Shown here piece after piece: positions 38,415 through 49,151 of a stretch of DNA of 64,000 nt (positions are counted from its first letter, which is position 1; each line of letters starts with the position of its first letter). The stretch is from Camelus dromedarius. Taxonomy: Eukaryota. The DNA lies in NCBI RefSeq assembly GCF_036321535.1, contig NC_087436.1:19470001-19534000 (forward strand), written 5' to 3'. The position numbers and the translations under genes were made by a program. A model generated the notes under the pieces. The model was not told where the DNA came from and ran no database searches. It worked only from the letters and a program-made list of their open reading frames with translations.

Positions 38415-39270
38415 TGCACTCACTCATTCAACAAGAAACATTTGTATCTTAGTGAACATTGCAGACACCCTTTCTGGAGGTTACATTCTAGTGTGGAAAG
38501 CAAACATTAAGCAACTGATTATGTGATGAGTATTAACCACAGAGTATGGGGTGTGAAGAGAGAATCCACCAGGGGGCCGTCTTGGTGAGTTCCTTGTCCA
38601 CCATTTACAAGCTGTGTGATCTTGGGTATATTTCTTAATCTTCCTGGGACTCATTTTTACGTCTTCATAGGGTTGTTGTGAAGAATTTGGGCACAGTGCC
38701 TAACACATAGAGACGTGTAGTAATTATTACCTACTAGATTTGAGGCAAAGACAGAAGGCCAGGGAGGGCTTCTCGGAGCAGTTGACTTTTAAGCTGACAT
38801 CTGAACAATGGTAGGAATTTGCTAAGTGCAGAACATTGTGTAAGAGAGAACACCATGTTCAGAGGCCCTAAGACAAGACTGACCATGATGTTTCCAAAGA
38901 ACTGAAAGAAAGCCCTTGTGCCTGGAGCTCAGAAAATGAAGTGGAGAATGGCTTGAGATGAAGCTGAGGCAGGCGGGGGTAGCCGAGTCACACAGGGGCT
39001 CGTGGGCCTTGGTAAAGAGGATGTAGGGCTTTATTCTAAGGGCAATAGGAAGAATTTCCACAGGGAAATGGAGTGATTAGATTTGAGTTTTAGAAAGATT
39101 GTTCTGACTTTTGTATTAAGAATGGTTTAAAATATTTCAACAAAACTCAAGGATCTGGCTCATCTCTAAAGGTACCTTTTGGGGGAAATGTGGGATATTT
39201 TTGCTTCTTGGGTGTTGGTGCCTGGGATAACAGTCAATGATGAAACTGACATCATCAATTTCCAGGTTTT
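38415..39270 (-). mobile_element. L2 with a nested MIR (~38580-38730, +)
   Basis: 'ctcactcattcaacaag', 'gttcagaggccctaag', 'ctttattctaagggcaatagga'; MIR 'gctgtgtgatcttggg...tcatagggttgttgtgaaga'. Confidence 0.8.
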
Positions 39271-39292
39271 CAGTTAATCTGGGATCATAGTT

Positions 39293-39432
39293 ATGTGAGT
39301 GTGTGCATATGTACACAGATATAAAACCACAAGTATATATAAATATTGTGTATGTGTATATATGTATACATATGTATATGCATATAATATACACACATGG
39401 ATGTATATGTACACACATGCACACACACACAT
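39293..39432. repeat. (TA/CA/TG)-rich low-complexity tract
   Basis: Alternating purine-pyrimidine run; source of several spurious ORFs. Confidence 0.85.
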
Positions 39433-40034
39433 ATTCTGTCTCCCTGTAGGGAGACAGCCCAATATATTTTCTCTCCTATTTTCTGCCTCTGACCATTCCA
39501 TCTCAATGTTTTTTGAGTTATGACATTATATTTTGAGAGATGAAGGAGAGGAAATATATTTTCCAATCCCTTTGATCTATAAGATATATTGACATATCAT
39601 GATGATTACTCTTCACAAGAGATTGGGAATGTATTAGGTTATGCATAATGCCTTTCTAATATAAATTCCAAATTTTCTGAAATTGGGGAGATTCAGGAGA
39701 ATCCTGTGTTCTTGTCTTGACGAACGGAGCAGTTGTGCGCACATACTGGACTAGATCATACCGCGTATCCCCTGAGCTCTGCTTACAGGCAGGTCGGACC
39801 TCCACCATGACAAAATTCCCACAATATTTTGAATTATTAATTTCTTGGAATCTGCGGGGTTCATCAGATATGTTCAGCGTTATTGATGGCAGCAAACTTT
39901 ATCCCTTTTATTTCTGAGACACATAATGAAATAGGGAGTCTCTCAAATCACCACAGTTAGCGTTTAGGCTAATTTTGTAGGGGCCGGTGGGCTTTTGCCT
40001 TAATGTGTAGCAGTAGAATTTTTCTCTCTCACAG

Positions 40035-40116
40035 CAGATTGCGTGGCAGAGGCAGAGTGAACTGGAACTAATTTACGACCCTGTCCAGCCTTCTCCGCGT
40101 GGTACACCCTGTGAGG
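40035..40116 (+). other. Candidate 82-nt exon
   Basis: Acceptor 'tttttctctctcacag' (NAGNAG cagcag) and donor AGG|GTAAGA. Confidence 0.3.
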
Positions 40117-41639
40117 GTAAGATGCTCTAAATACACGTACTGCACATAATGAGAACTTTTCATGACAGTTACTGATTAGAGTTAGAGATGTTTGAGGACC
40201 GTAGAGAAGATGTATTGACTTTCAGAAGGAAAGACTTCACCTGCCTTTGTGTAGCTCAGCCTCTAACAACTGACCAGTTACTCAGTGAAATGCAGCTCCC
40301 AGCTCCAAAGATCTGGGTGAGCTCTGAATGGAGGGCCTGAAGTACGTACACTGCTTCTCAACCCAAATTAGGTCAAAGAGTTCAAGAATTCTGTTTGCTT
40401 TTAGCAGGGTTTTTACTTTGCGCTTTTTTTCTTTAGTGATGGTCACCCAGGCTGTTTTTCTTTTTGGTAACAAGAATAACCCATAGTCCAGACTGCTCTT
40501 TTTAGAGACATTGATTTGCACAGTCACAAATGGATACCTGAACATTGTTTTCCTCTTTACACATTTGCGGTGTTCAAGTTTAGGGGGACAATATTGAAAA
40601 GCTCTGGTATACTTTACATTAATATGTATATGAGAATTGCATATAATAAAAAAGATAATTACTAATTCTTGTACCAAGGGCATGGGTTTATATGGTCTAC
40701 ATGTCCTTTTCTGAGGAAAGCCGAAATTTTCTTTGCAAGTCAAGGAACAATTAAAAACATATATATGTATGTATATGTAAAAAATAAATCAATCCTACCT
40801 CCAGCAAAAAAAATTAGAAATTTCAATTCTGTAGCACGTCAACATTTAACTAGTAGGATGATACTGCGCTGTCCAGCCCCAGTATCAGTCTCTCTCCTTA
40901 ATGAAGACAGATCAAGCTTTGTTTGTCTCTTTAACCCTTTCAAGTTGCTCTGAGCATTTGTTTCTCCTAAAAACCTTCTTGCTTTTATATTCTCTGTCCA
41001 TATAACCGCTTCCATGATTTCTATCTTTTGCATTTTGAATTTTCTGTCTTTAGGTCTGCTAAATCTAAAGTTAGAATTAAAAGCAAAAAGGACTTGCAAT
41101 GCAGACAAGTTTAAACTCAGTAAATTTAAGTAACTTACGAGTAATATGACCGATAAAGTTGGCAGGGCAAATGTCTCATGTTTTCTTGCCTCTTCCTCCT
41201 CAGAACCTTCCGAGTTCTAGGATTATGATTTAAATGAGTTCCTTTTACAAATTCTATATCCTTGCCCTACAGCTCTCCAAAGCTAGCATACTTTAAGCCC
41301 TTAATAAGCACTAACTTCAGCAATATTATCAGTAATTGAAACCATGAAATGCTGCAATCGCCTTTTGTCAACTTTAACACAGTTTCTTGTGAATGGGTAT
41401 GTTTATAACCCTCACCCCCACTTTCAGTCATGTATTCACTCATTCAGTGGATACCACATCGACTGATTGCTCTGAGTAGGTGTAAATATGTCATCCTTTA
41501 AATAACAGAATCTAGGATGTCTTTAACAAATTTTCCTAGAAGATTAAAATTCAAACAGATAGTAACGTCATATGCTGTTACACTTTTCATTGTCATTATC
41601 CCTAAAAAAATACGTTTTGAGTCCCCATAGGTTGCATTC

Positions 41640-41870
41640 CACTAACATTTATTGAGCATCTCTTAAGCTAGGTAACTGTGCTAAGTGCTTTCACATCCAC
41701 AATCGCACATCCTAACAGCTGCCCCAGGGAGGAGTGGTTGTCTGCATTTTACAGCTGAGGACTCTGAGGGTTATAAAAGCTAGGTGAGTGCTTTGCCCAG
41801 GGTCTCAGAGCCAGGAGGCCACCCCACCAGGCTTCCTAATTCCAGATCTGGAATTTATATCCATACAACA
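41640..41870 (-). mobile_element. MIR
   Basis: 'aacatttattgagcatc...ctgtgctaagtgcttt...cattttacagctgaggactctgagg'. Confidence 0.85.
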
Positions 41871-42059
41871 GCCATTCACTTTCCCACTCCCTGCCCCCTG
41901 CCGCTATATTAGAAGGCAATCCCCTGACCTCGGCCGTGAAGGCATTGAGACCAGACCAAGGAGATGGAAGTTCTCCCTGGAGGTGTTGGTCTCCTACTTG
42001 TCTTGGCGTCACCTACTGTTTTTAAAAGAGTTAACAAAGCTTGTTAAGAGTATATATTC

Positions 42060-42226
42060 AAAACTGTAGAGCACAGGGAACTATATTCAATATCTTGTAA
42101 TAACTTATAATAGAAAAGAATCTGAAAAAGCATAGATTTATATATATATATACACATATATGTATAGTTGAATCACTTGGCTGTATACCTGAAACATTGT
42201 AAATCTACTATACTTCAATTTTAAAA
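42060..42226 (+). mobile_element. L1 3' stub with perfect 14-bp TSD
   Basis: TSD aagagtatatattc (42046-42059 / 42227-42240). Confidence 0.95.
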
Positions 42227-42344
42227 AAGAGTATATATTCTAAAACGTAGCGGTAGTTTGGAAGAGCATCTGTATAATTCAGGGAAACAAAATTTGATAC
42301 CAGCTGTTCTATGCACTAACTTTTTCCCTCTTTTTCACTTAAAG

Positions 42345-42546
42345 AACAAAGCCTGTCAGTTACTTTGGCATCAGACTAGAAGAAGTCAAAATTATAGCCC
42401 AGTTGTTTGAGGGTTCACAGCCCCGGTCAGCCGAAAAGGTTGTTCTTGGCCCACTGACTCTCAGACCTGTGAGAGAGAGGCACCAGGTCCCCTCGTTGGT
42501 ACCGAAGGGCCCTGACATTGGACTCGTTGCCTGAGCATTTTCCAAG
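42345..42546 (+). other. Candidate 202-nt non-coding or poison exon
   Basis: Branch point cactaac (42314-42320), polypyrimidine tract, AAG acceptor; donor AAG|GTAATG; stops in all three frames. Confidence 0.3.
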
Positions 42547-42914
42547 GTAATGTAAAATGTTTCATAGAGAAATCACAGATTCCCATCTGAGGGACTTATG
42601 AGTGGAATTGCCAATTATAAAAGCAGAGCTAAAATTACTTAGCTTATCACCAGAACCCCCCAAAGAAAAAGCCCCTTAATTTTGCACGTTTCAAGCATGT
42701 GCCTCTCTAAATATTGCTACTGTTCATGATAAATCAAAAAGTTAAAAGCCAAACCAATTTATAGAGTCCCAGAGATCATTATGTCACTTTTTGTGTATAA
42801 CAGAAAGCATCAACTTTTCTTTAACGATCTGTTTGGGTTTTTCTGGCTAAATCACATTAGCCATTGCATTCATAAAAGCCCAACCAGACCCAAAGAAACA
42901 CCCCATTTTAAACA

Positions 42915-43570
42915 AGTCATTTTTCAAACATTTATTGAACACATATGACAAGTCAGGCGAGCAATAAAAACAATACAGACGAATGAGACAAAAATCCTGA
43001 GCCATCACCTCACCTGTGTGTGACCTTGGACATGCTACTCCATCTTTCTACACTTCCGTTTCCTCTTGTAATATGGTAATAATGTCTACCTCATAAAGCC
43101 GATGTGAGGACTGAACACCACAGTATATGTAAAGTACCTCATCTTGAAAAAGAAAGAGCTATTGTTTTATCATCAATTTTATCCCTACTAAAGTTACGAT
43201 TTGTAGAAAATCAGATCTCCGTCTGATCCCTCACATTTATTCAGTGATTTTGCTGGTTGATTTGGGAGAAGTTTGTTGAGTGTCTCCTGTCTGCAACGAG
43301 CTATATGCTAAGCTCTGTGAAAATGCAAATTGCTGTTGGACACACTTCTTGTCCTCAAGTGCTCATGGACTATTTGGGGATGTGAGACATATACATAAAT
43401 AACTGTGGTACCAAGAAGAAAGCGATAAGTTGTATGGAAGTGGCACAGGCAACAGAAGGGAAGTTGAGAAGGGAAGGCTTCCTGGCTTACGGAACATCCG
43501 AGTTGGGACTTGCAGGGTGAATAGATGTGGACGTTCCAAGGAAAGGAAACAATAAATGCATGATATAGGA
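42915..43570 (-). mobile_element. L2 fragments with an intervening MIR (~43000-43150, +)
   Basis: 'caaacatttattgaacac', 'tgtgtgaccttggacatg...tacctcataaag', 'gggaaggcttcctgg'. Confidence 0.65.
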
Positions 43571-43589
43571 AGTGGTGAGAATTCATTAT

Positions 43590-44065
43590 GCTTGAGAAGG
43601 GATCTCTGAAGGGTCAGGATAGCAGAAGGTATTAATAGGCACAAAATACACACTGTAGTATTTAGATGAGAAGTGTCACAGTGCCTCAAAGTCTGCAAGT
43701 AAGAAAGAGAGGATTTGGGGGTGGAGGTTTGAGTGAGTGGTGGTGAAGTATTAATGATTTTTGTAGTTGGTGAATAGAAGTGAAGGGTATATGAAGGTTC
43801 ATTGTACTATTCTTGGAAACTTTTCTGGAGGCTTGAAATTTTATTTCAAAACTTGAGGGGAAAGATAAAAATACATCAGAAACTCTTATAATCAATAAAC
43901 AAGGAACAAACTACCTAATTTAAAAAAATGGGCAAAACTTGGCAGGAAATGCCACAGGAGATTATAGGAATGGCTATTAAATGAATGGAACTATGTTTAA
44001 TCTCTTTAGGAGTTAGAGAAATTTAATTCAAAACAATGAGCTGTTACTTTTCACCCACCCGATTA
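43590..44065 (+). mobile_element. Old L1M fragments (3'UTR piece, then ORF2 piece)
   Basis: 'aggttcattgtactattcttggaaacttttctggaggcttgaaattt', 'aaaaaatgggcaaaac...aaaacaatgagctgttacttttcaccc'. Confidence 0.65.
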
Positions 44066-44489
44066 CACTTCTTTTCAAGTGTAGTCGTATGGGGTGTGTC
44101 TGAAAAAAAGAGATGTTAACACCAACCTCCTGTGATTAAAGAGCAGAGCACGCCAGGTACCCGCCACCTGACAGAATTCAGAAACGGCATCGCCTTCTGC
44201 TACTACCGTTGTCCAGGGAAAGATAATGAATGAATCCTTGAACCGGGGTAGCAGCAAGGGAATGGAAGAGAATCAACAGGACTTGGTCACTGATTGCATT
44301 TGAGGAACCGAGGAGGAGGCAAGAGCTCAGGGAAAACTCAAGGTGGTGTTGGTTTGTAAAAGAGAAATTGCTAAGGAAAGGAAGAAACTTTAGCTTAATT
44401 GAGTTGTTTACCATCCTGATTGCTGAACATGCTAAGGGAGTCTTTCCAGGAAGGGTGGTTGATCCTTAGAAATGATTCAAGATAATCCC

Positions 44490-45755
44490 CTAGTTTAAAG
44501 ACTTGTTATAGAAATGTTCTGTTTTCAAGAATTATATTCTTAAGTATATATTACAGGCACACACGCAAAATTTAACGGTGAATGAAAGTATCCTTCCTCA
44601 ACCTCTCCTTATGGATAGCCATATTATGTTTCTCATGCTTTCTACCAGAAAAATATTTATGACGATGCCAGTATAATATCTGTGCGTGCACACACATGCA
44701 TATGTGTGTACTTCCAAACCTCACACAAATGGGACTATATCGTATAAAACTAGGGGGCTTGCTTTCTTTTTTTCCCTCCTTAACTCAAAACAGTCTTCCT
44801 TTGTTCTGTTAAACATCTGCTTAAGAGTCCATTGAGAAAATATATCATAGTGGGTTTAACTAATTCCCCATGAATGAACATCTAAAGTTGCTTTTAGTTG
44901 CTTACTGTTACAAATAACTGGCCATGAACATTCGTGTGCATTTATCTTGATGTTTCATTGGTTGGCTGGTTGGTTTTGGACACTATTAGTAGCAACAATT
45001 CCTAGAAGTAGAATTGCTGGCCCAAAAAGTATTTATATTTTAAATTTTGATCATTTCCCTCTTAAGAAGCTCTACCATTTTATCCTCCTTTCAACAACTT
45101 GAGAGTTTTCCCCACATCCTCACCCACAGTGGATATTACCAACCCATAAATTCATTAAGAAAACATTATCTTGTTTAGATGTGTATTTATCAATTATTTA
45201 TTATGGCATTGCTTATTTATTGTCAATTACAAGTGAGGTTGAGCAGTTTTTAAAATGCTCACTGGCTTTTACATACCTTTTTCTTTTTTAATACAACATT
45301 CTGATTTTATATTTCTATAAAATTCTGTAATCGGTAAAGTTAACCTATTGTCTAAATCACCATATATATATATACTCATATATCTGTATATACACACACT
45401 CATATATCTATATGTGCTTTAAAAAAACTTACAAAAGTAATAATAAAATTACATAGCTTATGTATTTAGTTCAATTCATCATTAGTTTCTTTACCATCAG
45501 TTTCTCTCAAGGAACAGTGCTAGGCATCAAAGATACAAAAATGTTCATATCTTTTTACCAGTTTTACCATTAATCATTTACATTGATTTCATAAGCTATT
45601 CACATAATAATAATCTATGGCTGTTACATGTGTGGCAAATATGTTTCTATTTTATCTTTGGACTATATATTTTTTAGTATAAAGTTGTTGTTTGTTTAAT
45701 GTGCTGTTAAATTTAGCAGTCTTTTCCTTTATAGCATCTAGGAATTTTTTTTTAA
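44490..45755 (-). mobile_element. Old L1ME 3' region
   Basis: 'ttcctagaagtagaattgctggcccaaaaag', 'caagtgaggttgagcagtttt', 'gtggcaaatatgtttct'. Confidence 0.75.
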
Positions 45756-45759
45756 TTAC

Positions 45760-46129
45760 TTAGCGTGCACAGGCTGCAATTAACAAAATACCGTAGACTG
45801 GGCTGCTTAAACAACATAAATTTATTTCCCACAGTGGCTAGGAAGTCTCAGATGAAGGTGCTGATTCAGTTCCTGGCGAAGGATCTATTTCTTGCTTGTA
45901 TATGGCCACCTTCTTGCTGTGTCCCTGTGGTGGAGAGAGAGATGTTGAGATCTCTGGTCTTTCCTCCTCTTGTTGTAAGGCACCAGCTCTATTGAGTAAG
46001 GCCCTACTCCTCTGGCCTCATTTAATCTTAATTACCTCCTAAAGACCCTATCACCAAATACTGTCTCAGTGGGAGTTCGAGCCTCAACATACGAAGTTTG
46101 GGTGAGGAGAACACACTTCAGTCATAACA
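45760..46129 (-). mobile_element. MLT1A0-like solo LTR
   Basis: 'taacaaaataccgtagactgggctgcttaaacaaca...ttaattacctcctaaagaccc...tcagtcataaca'; attac flanks (45755-45759 / 46130-46134). Confidence 0.88.
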
Positions 46130-46334
46130 ATTACCAAATTTAATTTTGCTCTCTGTGTTAATCCACCATTTGGGGGCACCATGTGAGATCTTTACCGGTC
46201 TTCAATCATTGATATTGTTTGACTCAGCATACAACTCTTTTGAGAACATGAATATAATTTCATTCTAGTACCCCTGCCTCTTCCCCTCTGCCCCTCACCT
46301 CAAGGGCTCTTCTATTGTCCTGTTCTGAGTGGGC

Positions 46335-46860
46335 CAACTATAAATATGATGGTAGACCTCAGAGATCATCTGTACAATACCTTTGATGTATATCTGTGGA
46401 AAATCAGACCCAGAGTGGTTGAAGTGACTTCCTCAAAATTTTGGAGTTAATCAACACCAGGATTTGGACCAGAATCCTGGTCTTTTTAACTTCCAGTCTA
46501 GTGTTGATTCCTAAATGTGTGAATAAATACGTATCAATACCTAGAACATGCCTGGCACCTTAAGTGCACCTAAGTATTAGCTACAATTATTATTATTACT
46601 TTTCTGTTATCATCAGTGTGATCATCATTATTTGTTGAAAGCAGATTCTGGAATCAGACTGAGACTGAATCTCAGTGAGACTAACAGTTAGTTGTTAGCC
46701 TGAGCTTCAGATGTCTCAACTATAAAAGGGGAAATACTGGAACCTATCTTATAAGGGAATTGAAAGAAACAGGTTTTTTTTTTTTTTTAATATGCAAAGC
46801 ACTTGGAGCAGTACCTGGATCAAAATAATAATTATGTAAATATTATGTAAAATAATATTA
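46335..46860. mobile_element. Cluster of MIR fragments in both orientations
   Basis: 'gaaaatcagacccagagtggttgaagtgacttcc' (-); 'ttctggaatcagact...ataaaaggggaaatact...gcaaagcacttggagcagtacctgg' (+). Confidence 0.7.
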
Positions 46861-47659
46861 TTATAGAATCACTTAGTCTCCTAGAATCAGCCTGAGCCAG
46901 CTAATCATGTCTACATGTTTACCACCTCATTCTGAAGTCATGATTATAAGCACAATCTACAGTGGTCACTAATGTAATAAAAAAACTCAAATTGTGTGAT
47001 GAGAGAGAAGAACACAAACTACATAAGGAGACAAACTGAACGTTGAATTGTTTCTGAGGCCTGCTTGCAGAAAGGAAATGGAGCCATGCGAAGAGGAGGT
47101 GGTACCAAGAAGAGGTTAGAAGATATCAAGGGAAGTGTCACTGATATTGATTAGATTTAAGCCTCCTCTTTCCATCCCATCAAGACTGATGTAATTCTGT
47201 CTTGAAATATCCTGAGCTCATATTAGAAAAGAGCTTTGTAAGTCGACTGAGTTTTGTATTTTTCTCATGTGCAAAAATATGAATGTTATGAAAAGGCAAG
47301 TCAGGACTTAAGGTGTCAATCTTACAGGAAATTTGATATAAATGATGTAATTTTAAATGCATCTGGAATATTTTTAATCTCTAGGTTTTGAAAGGTTTTT
47401 CTAGGAAGAGAAGTTACTGTGTGTTAAAAAGTCACACCATGCTTAGCATGGCTTGGTTCCATGGAGAACATCTTTGGTGCCAGCTCTTTATAGAGTAGCT
47501 TCATTATTTGTTTTTCAAAATGCCATGTTGATTCCATGTTGATTCCTGTTGCCATGGTGCTTCCCTGCCATTCACATTTACTTAAGGAGCACAATTCCAT
47601 GTCAATTTTTAAAATACCTGAATCTCACCATTTAATAGTATCCACTCCATGATTCTCCT

Positions 47660-47915
47660 TCACTAAATCTGCTCATTTGAGTGCCTACTATGTGTCAGCA
47701 TTCTCTACTCATCATTAAGGAGACAGAAATGAAAACAGCCCCAGTGCTTCCCCTGCACCGCAGTCTCAGGAGTTTATAGTCTATGGGTGTAACCGTCATG
47801 AGAAAAAGTAATTGCAGCATGATGTAAGTGCTGTGATAGTGTAAATCTGGTGAGAGCACAAAAGAAGAAAAGCCTGATCAGAAATAGACCACTTTACAGA
47901 GTCCTTGAGCAAATG
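47660..47915 (-). mobile_element. L2 3' fragment
   Basis: 'ttgagtgcctactatgtgtcagca...ctcaggagtttatagtcta'. Confidence 0.7.
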
Positions 47916-48572
47916 TAGTCCTTCTACAGAAAAATAAACAATTACCAAAATGCCAGCAGAGCTAGAAATCTTTATCCATTCAGAGGTGTCATTTTATACC
48001 ATTGCTGTAGTTCCATGATATGTGTAATCTCCATGTCATGATAACAGAACCCAAAGTACTTAGGGTTTTTTTGCAGGGAGAAAAAGCAACCTTTATAACA
48101 AAGCCTTTTGCTGGTTTAGAATTTTTTCTTGTCCCCTGAGTTTAGGGAGATCAAATGCCTTCTCTAATGATAGGAGGCATCACTCCGAGTTTAGAAATCA
48201 TTATTTTCTATGTAGTCTTCTGTGAACTATTGATACTATACATGCTTCTTAAAGAGTTATTGCATATCTCGTTTTGCAGATTGTTGACTCCAGGGCTAAG
48301 CAGTCTTCTTATGACAGGTGGAGAGCAGACACAGAAAAAGGTGTAACTGCTGTCGAGGTGATTGATAACGTGGTTGTCTGTCTCTAGGGCTAGCTTCTGG
48401 AAAGGGCCTTCCAAGGGTAGTTTTAAGAACAGTTGCCTACGGCTGTCTTGGACTGAATGTGTGGTAGAAACAGAACTTGCTCCTTTGGGGAAAGGGAAGA
48501 GAAGGCCCGGCATGCCGGAGGACTTCGGGCTTCTCTTTGTCTGGTGAGAGTGGCACTGACGGAGCACAGACG

Positions 48573-48626
48573 GATAGCAAATCTCGCTTGTCTCCAGTGA
48601 TAGCAAATCTCGCTTGTCTCCAGTGA
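48573..48626. repeat. Perfect 26-bp tandem duplication
   Basis: gatagcaaatctcgcttgtctccagt x2 + ga. Confidence 0.97.
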
Positions 48627-49011
48627 AGATTTTTCTTTCTCGGGGTAGAGGGATTCAAATTGTGAAGTCTATTTGGGATGACTTATCTGCAATCTCTCCC
48701 TATCCCTGGAGAGAATGAGAATGACTAATTGCAGCATCCCATAACAGTAATTGAGACAGATTGAAAGGGGAAATGAGTGATTAACCTTGAGCCTCCTCGT
48801 GTTGCTGTGCATGGTAATGTCAGGGTGGGTTGTGGGCGGCAGTGGGGGGAGGAAAGGGGGTGCCTTAGGAGCTCATTTTCACAAAAGTCCACATAGCTCC
48901 TCTAATTAAATTTCAGAGAAATATGTTTCCGCCCCAAGTTAAGTTTCAGCTACTTGTTGCTCTGTTTTACATCATGTCATTAATAAAAGCTCGTTACTGA
49001 TGGCTGAAAAC

Positions 49012-49151
49012 CAGAGACAGATTTGCTCAGAAGCTAATGAAGCTTCAACTTTAGGGCCCCTTGCCCTGGAACTAATTTTGCATTCCTTTCTTAAAAAGGG
49101 GCCCCCAAATTGTATAGGCCTCAGGTCCCACAAAACCTGGATCTGTCCCTG
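49012..49151 (-). mobile_element. MER53-like hAT MITE
   Basis: TIRs cagagacagat / atctgtccctg (10/11); 8-bp TSD ctgaaaac / ctgataaa (6/8); 'gaagctaatgaagctt...gggcccccaaattgtata'. Confidence 0.8.

Noticed and set aside
47523..47546. Small tandem duplications (ccatgttgatt x2; also ~46831 attatgtaaat x2 and ~54812 ccttata x3)
   Set aside because: Ordinary slippage products with no spacers or array structure
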